A DNA stretch of 64,000 nucleotides. It comes from an uncultured virus (IMG/VR IMGVR_UViG_3300033148_002355) (taxonomy: Duplodnaviria; Heunggongvirae; Uroviricota; Caudoviricetes). The notes under the pieces were generated by a model, which was given only the letters and a program-made list of their open reading frames with translations, was not told the origin of the DNA and ran no database searches. Shown in pieces: positions 49,334 to 58,567 of the stretch. Both the position numbers and the translations under genes were made by a program. The stretch is taken from the IMG/VR virus record IMGVR_UViG_3300033148_002355. One strand, 5' to 3'. Each line of letters begins with the position of its first letter. Within the stretch, counting starts at the first letter, position 1.

Positions 49334-50505
49334 TACATCATAGGCATTAATATAAACTCCTTTTCCTCTACTACTTCACCTTCGACATTATTAGTGTAAC
49401 TGAAAAACAAAGGTTTATTACTTTCCTTATCTCTTCCTATATGGCAGTTTAGAAACTCTGTATTACAACATTGTAAAACACTTTGTAAATACAATGCGTT
49501 AATCCTTACATTAATATCTTCTTTCAACTCCCCGCCTTTAGTTTCATCACTGATTATATCATTAATTTCATCACTGGACCCTAAGTAACTTTCAGACGCT
49601 ACTTCAATACCTTTCAGTCCTGATTTAACCGTTAACGTTAATATCCTACCTCCCGCTTCCTCTACAGCACTTAAGTTACAAACCCTATCTACACTGTCCA
49701 TTAACTCCTTTGGGCTCACTACGAAGTACCCTAACTCCTTTTGATCAAATATCCTATCTACATCAGGGAATTTAATATCAGTAAATAAATCACAAATAAA
49801 CATTGTGCTTTTATTTTTAATAATAATCACATCTTTATCTACGTGTAAGTTAAATGGTCCTTCAAGTTCTACATTAAAGAAACTAGCTATCAGTTGTTTT
49901 TGAATCATTATATCAAACTCTATATCAAATGAGTTGGTAATGTTTTTCATCTCCATTTTAGCTCCATGTGCTGTGCTTAGTGCTTTAATGAATAAACTAT
50001 CCTTTTCTAACTTAAGTGACAAACATGTTAACGCGGGCCTAGTATCATTAGCTTGGATAAAAGAGAGGCTATCTTTTACACTATCAAATATTTTATTATT
50101 AGTTAATGTAGCAAACTGTTCAATCTTTCTAAACTTAGTATCTGGAAATCCATCTTCAGGAACTCCTTCAATTTTCATGTTGCCCTTTTTAGTTTTGATG
50201 TGTAAGGTAACACCTCCAGCCTCCTTTTCTTTAACTCTTAATATAAGGTCTTCTGATTTTATTGACCTAATAGCTCTTAGTAATAAGTCGCAAGGAATAA
50301 GGCATCTAAAGCCGTCTACTGACTCTGCATTCTTAGCTACTGATATTACCTCAGTATTAAGAGAAGTAGTCCTTAAATGAAGGTTATTACCTTTTCCTTC
50401 GATAAGAACATTGTCAATAATAGGTAGTGTTGATTTCTTAGCGACTATTGTACTGCAAGGAATCAATGCTTTAAGTACTGCTATTCTGTTTACTGTGATC
50501 TTCAT
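49333..50505 (-). CDS. dnaN: DNA polymerase III beta sliding clamp homologue
   Basis: MKITVNR...KSTLPIIDNVLI, DTRPALT, FPDVDRI, INALYL and C-terminal ILMPM; 390 aa. Confidence 0.85.
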   Translation of the reverse strand: MKITVNRIAVLKALIPCSTIVAKKSTLPIIDNVLIEGKGNNLHLRTTSLNTEVISVAKNAESVDGFRCLIPCDLLLRAIRSIKSEDLILRVKEKEAGGVTLHIKTKKGNMKIEGVPEDGFPDTKFRKIEQFATLTNNKIFDSVKDSLSFIQANDTRPALTCLSLKLEKDSLFIKALSTAHGAKMEMKNITNSFDIEFDIMIQKQLIASFFNVELEGPFNLHVDKDVIIIKNKSTMFICDLFTDIKFPDVDRIFDQKELGYFVVSPKELMDSVDRVCNLSAVEEAGGRILTLTVKSGLKGIEVASESYLGSSDEINDIISDETKGGELKEDINVRINALYLQSVLQCCNTEFLNCHIGRDKESNKPLFFSYTNNVEGEVVEEKEFILMPMM

Positions 50506-51536
50506 TTCTTTTTCTTTTTTAGTTTTATGTTTTTAAATATGTGTGCTATTACATCTATGGTCCATCCGTTACCTAGCATTTTATATAGTTGTGAGTCAGA
50601 AACTCCGCAGGACAACATAATGTCTATTATGTGCTCTGGTATAGTTTGAAGGCGGGCGCACTCTAAAGGGGTTAATCTCCTTACCCCTTTATCGTTTTTA
50701 ATATAAGGGTCAGTTTTACCGCACTTAGCGTACCTAGCTGTAAGGCAGTAACTTTTTTTCGAGTCTTTATCGTGAGGTTTAAACCGGCCTTTAAAAGCCG
50801 GACTACCGTGAGTAAGCCCGTTTATAAGTTTTTCAGATAAATAGTATTTTTCATCTATTATAACTAAATTATCCTTACCTACAGTAGTTAAACAATTACT
50901 CTTACTATCTTTTCTAACCTCTATACGTTGCTCGGTTTTGCCTGCCATACTATCTACGGTATGGTCTGCTCTTTTACCATCTACAATATAGCGCCCTCTT
51001 TGCGCCCCTATCTTCTCACTCCCGTCCTCCAAAATATCCTTTAACAAAACACCCTTATCTTCCGGTTGTCCTATTCCTGGTATATTAGTCCAGTATAACC
51101 TAACCCTGTTTTGAGCAGAGACTAACGAGCTGTTTATCATTATAGGCTCTACACCCATGTATTTAGATATAATATCTTGACTCTCCTTTTTCATCCTTAC
51201 GTTTTCAAGTAAGAAGTATTTAGGTTGTAATTCCTCTTTAAGTCTAACGAACTCAAAGAATAACTTACTACGTGGATCTTCAAAGTTTAACTGTTTACCT
51301 GCAAATGAGAACCCTTGACAAGGACTGCCTCCTATTAGTAAATCTATATCAGGTAAACCAAAGAAGGTTACGTTCCTAACGTCTCCCAATCTTTTAATGT
51401 TTGGATAAATAGCTTTAGACACTTGCATAGCGTACTTATCTATTTCACTAGCGTAGTAATTATCTACTTTTATCCCCGCCTTTTCTAAAGCCATCATGCC
51501 GCAACTCTTTCCGTCGAATAGTGAAACTACATTCAT
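50502..51536 (-). CDS. DNA (cytosine-5) methyltransferase
   Basis: SLFDG, EID, GGSPCQGFS, LLENV, QNRVRLYW and KMLGNGW motifs; ATG at 51536. Confidence 0.92.
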   Translation of the reverse strand: MNVVSLFDGKSCGMMALEKAGIKVDNYYASEIDKYAMQVSKAIYPNIKRLGDVRNVTFFGLPDIDLLIGGSPCQGFSFAGKQLNFEDPRSKLFFEFVRLKEELQPKYFLLENVRMKKESQDIISKYMGVEPIMINSSLVSAQNRVRLYWTNIPGIGQPEDKGVLLKDILEDGSEKIGAQRGRYIVDGKRADHTVDSMAGKTEQRIEVRKDSKSNCLTTVGKDNLVIIDEKYYLSEKLINGLTHGSPAFKGRFKPHDKDSKKSYCLTARYAKCGKTDPYIKNDKGVRRLTPLECARLQTIPEHIIDIMLSCGVSDSQLYKMLGNGWTIDVIAHIFKNIKLKKKKK

Positions 51537-51537
51537 A

Positions 51538-52308
51538 TCAATATTTAATTTCAGTTTTAATAATTTCAATAGTGTCTTTAGGAAAATCATCTGCTTTACT
51601 AATTACCCATAAAGCATAATCCCTATCATCATACACAGGTTTACCTCTATTTTTACCAAAGTTGTAACATATATTTTCTTTGTCATCTTTGATTAGTTTA
51701 CCTGTACTATCGAAATGGTTGTTCTTATCTCTTAGTTCATCAAAGTAAAAATCTATAATACCTTCAACAGTGTCAGGAATATCTTCTTGCTTAATCATTT
51801 CATCAAGGAGTATCTTAGTTGCTTTAGCGTCGTTGTAAGCATCGTGACTGCCTACTAACTCTTTCCCGGTGTATCTTTGATACATAGCTCCTAACTTCCT
51901 ACTATATATCTTATTAACTAATTTCATCACATCTAAGGTCATTGTTTCTGGTTCCTTATGGAAGTGGCAGTTAGCTTCGTACATCTCTCGTCTAAGCAAA
52001 GGTAAATCGAACCTATCAATGTTGTACCCGCAAACTATGTGAGTACTGATAGCTGCTTTGATAGTAGATGCTACCATATTGAACTTAGGTTCATCTTTAA
52101 CCATTTCATCTGTGATACCGTGTATTTCTGTAGCTTCGGGAGGAATAGGCATACCGGGGTTTACTAACCATGTCCTCTTATCTATTTTCCCGTTAGGCCG
52201 TACACGTATAGCAGCGACTTGAACTATCTTATCAGTTGATATGTTAACTCCAGTAGTTTCTAAGTCGAGCCAAACTAACGTGTTGTTTTCTTGGTTGAAT
52301 TTGTTCAT
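51538..52308 (-). CDS. DEDDh 3'-5' exonuclease (Pol III epsilon-like)
   Basis: DLETTG, GYNIDRFD, HDAYND and C-terminal NFGKNRG. Confidence 0.9.
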   Translation of the reverse strand: MNKFNQENNTLVWLDLETTGVNISTDKIVQVAAIRVRPNGKIDKRTWLVNPGMPIPPEATEIHGITDEMVKDEPKFNMVASTIKAAISTHIVCGYNIDRFDLPLLRREMYEANCHFHKEPETMTLDVMKLVNKIYSRKLGAMYQRYTGKELVGSHDAYNDAKATKILLDEMIKQEDIPDTVEGIIDFYFDELRDKNNHFDSTGKLIKDDKENICYNFGKNRGKPVYDDRDYALWVISKADDFPKDTIEIIKTEIKY

Positions 52309-52309
52309 A

Positions 52310-52765
52310 TTACTTAATTAGCATTACTGTTCCTTTTTTATCTATTTTGATGTTGTGACTTTTAAAGTGTTTATTGAATAACGCTTTAGATTGAGTGTTA
52401 AGCTTTTTCTTAGCTGCATCAAAGTCTTTATACTTCTCAGGGTTTTTAAGATACTCATCATTCCCTTCCGCTGGATAAACTACATCTTTGATAAGTTTAT
52501 CCCTAAGCACTTTTAATTTAGCATCGTATGCATCTTTTACTGATTTAGGAATAACTCCATACCTGTACGCTAATTTAATATCTGGAGTAATATACTCTTT
52601 GTGTAACCGTTTGACTTGTGCGTAAGTTTCATTATCAACTGTTCCTTTTTTAAGGAAGTCACTGTATAGTTTTTCAACTATAAGAGGAGCGTCTTGAGCT
52701 TCTAAGTCAACTGATATTTCTCCCTTTTTCTTTTCCGCTTTTAACGGTTTCTTTTTCTTTGCCAT
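52310..52765 (-). CDS. Hypothetical basic protein
   Basis: 151-aa ORF. Confidence 0.7.
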   Translation of the reverse strand: MAKKKKPLKAEKKKGEISVDLEAQDAPLIVEKLYSDFLKKGTVDNETYAQVKRLHKEYITPDIKLAYRYGVIPKSVKDAYDAKLKVLRDKLIKDVVYPAEGNDEYLKNPEKYKDFDAAKKKLNTQSKALFNKHFKSHNIKIDKKGTVMLIK

Positions 52766-52791
52766 TGTTTATTTATTTATTTAGTTATTAG

Positions 52792-53238
52792 TTAAAATCT
52801 TAAATCTTCATTTCCTCCTCCCATAGTCCTATAAATCAAATTATCTATATGTTCACTATGAGTTGACTTCTTATTTGTACCTGTATCAATTAACGTTTGA
52901 TTCCCTTGAGTTACTAAAGGTATCCTATGTCCTCCTTCTCCGTATATCGTTCCATCTATTATATCTTCACATACCAACTTAGTTATCTTTTCAAATACAT
53001 CGTTCAATCCGTTCATTTTAGATGTTACTAAAACATATATTATAATCTCACTTAACAACTCTGAAGCTTTGACTATATTTCTGTCTTGGTTAAAGTATAT
53101 ATAATTTTCAATAAGGTCCTCCATCTTCTCTCGAAACTCTTGTAATTTAACATCATTTAAGATAACTGGTTTTCTAGGTATTTCATGATTACCTAATATC
53201 TCTGCTATTGTCCTGATTTTTTTATCTAATGACTTCAT
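52792..53238 (-). CDS. Hypothetical protein (possible degenerate MazG-like fold)
   Basis: 148 aa, helical; weak resemblance only. Confidence 0.55.
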   Translation of the reverse strand: MKSLDKKIRTIAEILGNHEIPRKPVILNDVKLQEFREKMEDLIENYIYFNQDRNIVKASELLSEIIIYVLVTSKMNGLNDVFEKITKLVCEDIIDGTIYGEGGHRIPLVTQGNQTLIDTGTNKKSTHSEHIDNLIYRTMGGGNEDLRF

Positions 53239-55049
53239 ACTTTTTGAAATCTACTGGTTATACTTTCTTTGATATTGTTCTTCTTCTCGTAATCTTGTAT
53301 AAGCGACTTGAATAGTTTCTTCTCCAGGTTCCCATATTCTACTATCCCTGCTTTCTTGTGATCTATAGCTGAGTTAATATCATCTGTTTTACTTTCAATA
53401 AGGTTATATATCCTCTGGTCAATACTATCTGGTATCATTGTATACATTACCTCTACATCTTTAGTTTGCCCCATTCTGTGAGCCCTTTTATATGGTTGCT
53501 CTAATAAATCGGGGGTGAATCCCATATCCATAAACACTACCTTACGAGCATTAACTAAGTTAATACCAATACCTGCAGCTATAACTTGACCTAAGAACAC
53601 TTGTACCTCTGTACGTTGCTTAAACTTATCAATACGGTTCCTTCTTTTAAGACTACTAACACTTCCATCAATAAGAACAGCTGTATTACCTAACTCATCT
53701 TTTAATTGATTAAGTACAGTTTTAAAGAAACTGAACACTATAACCTTTTCTCCTTCCCTGTTAAGCTTTCTGATTAACTTGAGGACATCAGGTATTTTAG
53801 ATTCACTACAAAGCCTGTTAAGAGTCATTATGTTACCTCTACTCTTCATTGAAGCTTTCCTTTTAGTACTCCTCAAGTAAACTAATCTCTCTGTGTTTCT
53901 AGTACCTGTCCCTATTTTGTTTTTAATCCTATGTTCTACTTCTTTAATTTCAGCAGTTACCTCTGCAAGTAGCTTCTGAGCGTCATACATCTCTTTTATA
54001 GCCTCTTGGTACTTCTTTGTACTCTTATCATTCATTTCGAAGTAGTAGCTCTTAATAACGAGCTTAGGTAAGTCTAACTCTTCTTCTGATTTCTTTCTAA
54101 GCATCCAGTTGGATAACTTTAATCTAAAGTCTTCTACATTCTTAATACCTGTAACTTTTTGACCGTTCCCTTTAGCGTACCTTCTTTTGAAGTCTGTAAA
54201 GTTTTTACCCATTGGGTGTTTGCTTAAGTGTAGTAAAGCGAATATATCAGTTATTCTGTTCTTGATAGGTGTGCCTGTTAAGAAGGTAACTCTTGCTTTA
54301 GGATACTTGTTCAAAAGCTTCCTAACTTGCTTGAACTTATCTGTACCCTTATTTTTTATATAATGAGCTTCATCTATGATAATGTGATCGATTGGGGACT
54401 TGGTTATATGCTTGATGTACTTCTCTACACTTTCATAGTTAACTATTACAAATGACTCTTTCATTACACTGAACATGCATTTATTCCTGTCAAGCAAAGT
54501 AAAGAATAAAGGGTTAAATCCCCACTCTTCTGTAAGGTCTGTATACCAGTTCCATTTAGTTAATGAAGGGCAAATGATTACTGTACGTTTTAAGTTGAAT
54601 AGTTTAGTAAGTGAAGCAGCGAATAGTGTTTTACCTAATCCTTGTTCAAATGCACATAAGTTGAATTGTCTATTTCTGAAGGACCATAAAGCAGCAGCTT
54701 GATACTTCATTAGTTTCTTTGGATCACCTTCCTTGTCAAATAGTCCTTCGTATAAAGTCGCGGGAGAATACTTAGCTACAAATTCTTTAGCATCTTTTAA
54801 GTATATCCTTTTAATAAGATCAACAAATACTTTCTTCTTATCTACATTGAACTTATTGTCCATTAAGTTACGATCAACGTACTTAACGTATTTAAGTAAT
54901 GCTTCTTTACACGTTATACGAATATCTACAACTACCTTTCCTTTGTCTTTGACAGTCATATCAAGACATTCAGCCGTTAACAGCTCCTCGTCTGAGAAGT
55001 GTTTTTGGAACAAGAGCCTCTTGTCGTCTTTACTTAACGTTATCTTCAT
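53235..55049 (-). CDS. SNF2-family helicase/annealase
   Basis: FEQGLGKT, IIDEAH, LTGTPIKN, GIGINL and KRAHRMGQ. Confidence 0.9.
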   Translation of the reverse strand: MKITLSKDDKRLLFQKHFSDEELLTAECLDMTVKDKGKVVVDIRITCKEALLKYVKYVDRNLMDNKFNVDKKKVFVDLIKRIYLKDAKEFVAKYSPATLYEGLFDKEGDPKKLMKYQAAALWSFRNRQFNLCAFEQGLGKTLFAASLTKLFNLKRTVIICPSLTKWNWYTDLTEEWGFNPLFFTLLDRNKCMFSVMKESFVIVNYESVEKYIKHITKSPIDHIIIDEAHYIKNKGTDKFKQVRKLLNKYPKARVTFLTGTPIKNRITDIFALLHLSKHPMGKNFTDFKRRYAKGNGQKVTGIKNVEDFRLKLSNWMLRKKSEEELDLPKLVIKSYYFEMNDKSTKKYQEAIKEMYDAQKLLAEVTAEIKEVEHRIKNKIGTGTRNTERLVYLRSTKRKASMKSRGNIMTLNRLCSESKIPDVLKLIRKLNREGEKVIVFSFFKTVLNQLKDELGNTAVLIDGSVSSLKRRNRIDKFKQRTEVQVFLGQVIAAGIGINLVNARKVVFMDMGFTPDLLEQPYKRAHRMGQTKDVEVMYTMIPDSIDQRIYNLIESKTDDINSAIDHKKAGIVEYGNLEKKLFKSLIQDYEKKNNIKESITSRFQKV

Positions 55050-55071
55050 TTCTGTTTTCTGTTGTCTTAAT

Positions 55072-55129
55072 GGTTAACTAATTTTAAAAACAATTTCGTT
55101 CCTCAACAATTTTTACTATTGCGTTATAA
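55072..55129. repeat. attC-like site (short, degenerate)
   Basis: GGTTAAC...TAAAAA...TTTTTAC-TATTGC-GTTATAA; right end matches ATTGCGTTA at the window start. Confidence 0.5.
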
Positions 55130-55384
55130 AACATCTGTTTGTTTACTCCTTTCAAAACCGTCACAACCTAAGCATTGTGATTCACACCTAACCCCTCCAA
55201 CTTCTTCATTAGAGCAAACAAACGATTTCATAACATCAGGTATATTTAAATTTTTCAACTCTGTCCATGCGTGAGCATAAGCTTGTGATTTTCCATCACT
55301 TCTGCCTTTTTGGTATTCACTACTATCATCCCTTGGTGTATTAGCACCTTTTTTAAATACTTCTAAAATTTCGTTAATATTCAT
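55124..55384 (-). CDS. Hypothetical protein translated through an attC-like arm
   Basis: 86 aa; KNLNIPDVMKS is encoded by the site arm; the stop lies in the GTTA core. Confidence 0.7.
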   Translation of the reverse strand: MNINEILEVFKKGANTPRDDSSEYQKGRSDGKSQAYAHAWTELKNLNIPDVMKSFVCSNEEVGGVRCESQCLGCDGFERSKQTDVL

Positions 55385-55433
55385 CTGTGTAAATTTATTC
55401 GTTAAAAATCAAAACATACCTGCAACATTACCT
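55228..55433. repeat. attC-like site with mutated core (ATT instead of GTT)
   Basis: TCATAAC-AT-CAGGTATATTTAAATTTTTCAAC ... GTTAAAAATCAAAACATACCTG-CAAC-ATTACCT. Confidence 0.75.
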
Positions 55434-55455
55434 ACAAGTGCTAAGTCGGTAGGTA

Positions 55456-56034
55456 CTAATAATGTTTCTTCTTAAATTCTTCTGCCATTATATCCTGCAT
55501 ATTACCTTTGTAATATCGTGCTGTTTCAGGGTTACTAATTTCATATATCCCTGAACCCATGTTTGGTATGATTAATCCACAAGTAAGAAAATCAAAACAT
55601 AAAGCTATGTTTTCTTCTCGTATTAAAAACTCTTCTTTAGTTAACCTAAGCATTTCATCTACGTTATCGCACATTTGAATATACTCATCATATTTTTCGG
55701 TTATGGCTTCCAATTTCTCAGAGGTAATACATTCTTTAATGTCAGGATATTTTTTGATAGCTTCTATTGTTTTGACCCAATAACTACCTATGCGCTCTCT
55801 ATCTCTATTTAGTCTATCCATTTCATAAGCCATAAAATGCTTATCGTCCTCCATTTGTTGTTTAAATCTTAGTGCAGGTGTGTCAGTTTCAAACGAAACA
55901 AACTCATTATTCACTATCCAATTTTTATCATCAATCTTTGTGATGTTATTTTTATATTCGCTTTTACTACTTAATGTTTTTGAGAAGCTCCATCCCATTA
56001 AGCCAAATAATCCTATCATCAATATTATTTCCAT
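55456..56034 (-). CDS. Membrane-anchored hypothetical protein (cassette gene)
   Basis: 192 aa with N-terminal TM; bounded by ATTACCTAC (55427) and GTAGGTAAC (56069-56077). Confidence 0.7.
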   Translation of the reverse strand: MEIILMIGLFGLMGWSFSKTLSSKSEYKNNITKIDDKNWIVNNEFVSFETDTPALRFKQQMEDDKHFMAYEMDRLNRDRERIGSYWVKTIEAIKKYPDIKECITSEKLEAITEKYDEYIQMCDNVDEMLRLTKEEFLIREENIALCFDFLTCGLIIPNMGSGIYEISNPETARYYKGNMQDIMAEEFKKKHY

Positions 56035-56070
56035 TTTCTTAATTTAATCAGTTTATAAATCCGCACCAGT

Positions 56071-56135
56071 AGGTAACACTATCTATATGCAAAACTCCGT
56101 TGCACTACGTTCAGCACATAGCCAAACCGTTAACT
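56071..56135. repeat. attC-like site (short, 65 bp)
   Basis: AGGTAAC-ACTAT-CTATATGCAAAAC ... GTTCAGCACATAG-CCAAACC-GTTAACT; shares CACATAGCCAAACCGTTA with site 1. Confidence 0.8.
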
Positions 56136-56358
56136 ACTTCTCTATAATCTCAATCAAAGTAAGTGTGTCAGGATCGCATAACATGGCTAATGGCTGACCT
56201 TTAATATGCACTTGCATTTTACCGTTAACCATATCTTTATTGTGATGTGTTATTCCTACTTTACCAGTGTAGGTTTTTACTTTGAATCCGGTACTACCAA
56301 CTCTAAAGTTGTGATCTAAGTACCAAGCGTTTGGATTTGTCTCTTCTGTTATTTTCAT
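56134..56358 (-). CDS. Hypothetical protein
   Basis: 74-aa ORF ending at the site core. Confidence 0.65.
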   Translation of the reverse strand: MKITEETNPNAWYLDHNFRVGSTGFKVKTYTGKVGITHHNKDMVNGKMQVHIKGQPLAMLCDPDTLTLIEIIEK

Positions 56359-56371
56359 AATATTTGTGAAT

Positions 56372-57814
56372 CTAATTATTTATAAACGCTTCTGCAAACC
56401 GAACCTCAGCATCCCCGTTCGCATTCCAATCTACCATCTCTATAAATAACTGATACCCTTTCTTTTCTATGAACTTTAATACTTTACTAAAAGTTTCTTT
56501 ATCGAATAAACTACCATCTTTAATGAATATACATTTAAGGTTAGGATTCATAGCAATTGCTAGTTGTACTCCTACTCTGATAATAACACTGCTAGGATGA
56601 TGGTCCCCGTTAAAAGGTAATCCTTCAAAGTAAACTCCTTCTTCATCAAATGATAATCCTTTAACTGGTAAGGTACTCGTTTCAAAAGACTTTTGCTTTT
56701 CTAATACGATAGCTTTTAAACGTTTGGTTAACTTGTTAGCTTTAGCTTCTTGTTTAGTCACCTCAGCGTGTTTAGTAACTACATCTTGGATTTTAGTATA
56801 CATCGCTGTGTATTGTACTAGTTCAGTTTGTTTATCTCTTAGCTTATCTACGTCAGGTTCTTCATTCTTTTCAATCCAAGCTTTTACTTTAACTATCTGT
56901 TCTGCTGAAGCTTTACCTCTGACCTGAATAAGGTCATGATCATGCATCCTGTTTTTAAGGTCCAGAAGAAACCTCTCATTGTCTTCTCCTAAGGCTTTAG
57001 CTTTATCTAAAACGATTCTATAATACTTAGTTAACTCCCTTGATTTGTCGCCTTCTAAAATACCTGTTTGATGTTCAGTTAATGCTGTTCTTGCCTTGTT
57101 ATACTTGACAACACCGTCAACCATATTCAAAAGCTTATTATTAACCTCTGTGAGCTCTTTACTCTTGTCTTCAGTATACTTCTTTACATCCTCTTCTTTA
57201 ATGTCTGTAGCACTGCTTAAATTAGCTTTTAAGGTTTTGATGGTTCTGTTAAGTTCAGTTCTTTCATCACGTTTTTCCTTATTCTCATTATCCAAATCTT
57301 CAAGTAATTGTTTTTCATCATCTGTTAAAAATTGTCTTAATACTTCTACTTGTTCTTTTAAACCTGCTTGACTTACTTTACCACTACTTGTTAAACCTAA
57401 CCTTATAAACTCATCAACATCGAAACTAACGTCTCCTATGATGTCACGTTGCATTGATTTAGTTTTAATCTTGTTACCTTCTTCATCTACTACTGTAACA
57501 CTCCCTTTTTGATTGCTTTCAGTAAAGTTCATTATGTATTGGAAAGTCTTTTGTTCTCCATCTAAGTCACCTTTGATAACTAGTTTAACGTGTGCTGACT
57601 CTTCTCCTTTTTTGATTGCTTTAGAAGGGACTGCTTCGCTATTTATCGGGGATTGTATAGCTCTAAGAACAGTAGATTTACTACCCCCGTTCTTTCCTAC
57701 TACAACTATACTCTTTCCTTGTATATCAATTACCTTACTAGATAATGATTGAAAGTTCTTTAACTCTGCTGAAATGATTTTCATTCCTGTCTCTTTTCTG
57801 TTTAACTCGCTCAT
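56372..57814 (-). CDS. SMC/RecF-like AAA ATPase with coiled coil
   Basis: ELKNFQSL, Walker A variant GKNGGSKST, central coiled coil, IFIKDGSLFD and QLFIE. Confidence 0.8.
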   Translation of the reverse strand: MSELNRKETGMKIISAELKNFQSLSSKVIDIQGKSIVVVGKNGGSKSTVLRAIQSPINSEAVPSKAIKKGEESAHVKLVIKGDLDGEQKTFQYIMNFTESNQKGSVTVVDEEGNKIKTKSMQRDIIGDVSFDVDEFIRLGLTSSGKVSQAGLKEQVEVLRQFLTDDEKQLLEDLDNENKEKRDERTELNRTIKTLKANLSSATDIKEEDVKKYTEDKSKELTEVNNKLLNMVDGVVKYNKARTALTEHQTGILEGDKSRELTKYYRIVLDKAKALGEDNERFLLDLKNRMHDHDLIQVRGKASAEQIVKVKAWIEKNEEPDVDKLRDKQTELVQYTAMYTKIQDVVTKHAEVTKQEAKANKLTKRLKAIVLEKQKSFETSTLPVKGLSFDEEGVYFEGLPFNGDHHPSSVIIRVGVQLAIAMNPNLKCIFIKDGSLFDKETFSKVLKFIEKKGYQLFIEMVDWNANGDAEVRFAEAFINN

Positions 57815-57829
57815 TTGTCTGTTTGCTTT

Positions 57830-58024
57830 TTAGTTTTTGTTTTTTATATATACTACTGCTTTACCTTTTATTGCTAAATCGTATATCATTTTCCTTTGAT
57901 AGTCACGTAGGTTTAAAGGATGCCTGAATCCGTCTTCACTGAGTACGCAGGTGTATTTCTGTACAAAGTAAAGAAGATCATTTTGACACTTATCTAACTC
58001 TTCGTTTAGTTCTTGTTCTGTCAT
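57830..58024 (-). CDS. Small protein resembling a terminase N-terminal fragment
   Basis: ELDKCQNDLLYFVQKY...PLNLRDYQRKMI resembles the N-terminus of T4-like TerL. Confidence 0.5.
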   Translation of the reverse strand: MTEQELNEELDKCQNDLLYFVQKYTCVLSEDGFRHPLNLRDYQRKMIYDLAIKGKAVVYIKNKN

Positions 58025-58377
58025 GATTTAGTTTTAAATACTTCATCCCAAGTTTTAGGATACTTTTGATTTAATATTTGTTTCTTCAACTCTTTCTCTG
58101 CTTGTGACATCTTGGCTCCAGTAGCTCCTATTGATCTTGGTTTGTAAACTAAGTTTTTGAAACTTTTAACCCAACCCATATAATCTTCCCACTCTCTTAT
58201 GTTAAGGTTCCAAACCTTCTCAATATACAATCCGGACATCTTACCATCTAATCCAAACTCACCATAACCGCAACGAGTCATCCCTATCTCTTTCATTTCA
58301 ATAAGGCGCTTTCTGGTTCTGTCGTTATTTAGAGTAGAGCTGTAATAGGTTTTGTCTTCTATATTTATTTCACTCAT
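58021..58377 (-). CDS. Hypothetical protein
   Basis: 118 aa; coupled. Confidence 0.65.
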   Translation of the reverse strand: MSEINIEDKTYYSSTLNNDRTRKRLIEMKEIGMTRCGYGEFGLDGKMSGLYIEKVWNLNIREWEDYMGWVKSFKNLVYKPRSIGATGAKMSQAEKELKKQILNQKYPKTWDEVFKTKS

Positions 58378-58565
58378 TTATCTTTTATTTTTCCTGTTTT
58401 ACATTTTGTCATATCAAGAGTTACGAATCTAAGATTACCTTGCTTAGCTTCTTCTTTTAAACACTTAATGTAGTTATCTTGAATCTCTTTCGCTGTGGGA
58501 TTGATAGTGTACTCTTTAGTAACTAACTTCTCTCCGTCGTGGTATGCAATAGTCCCTTTGCTCAT
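58374..58565 (-). CDS. Hypothetical protein
   Basis: 63 aa; coupled. Confidence 0.6.
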   Translation of the reverse strand: MSKGTIAYHDGEKLVTKEYTINPTAKEIQDNYIKCLKEEAKQGNLRFVTLDMTKCKTGKIKDK

Positions 58566-58567
58566 AT

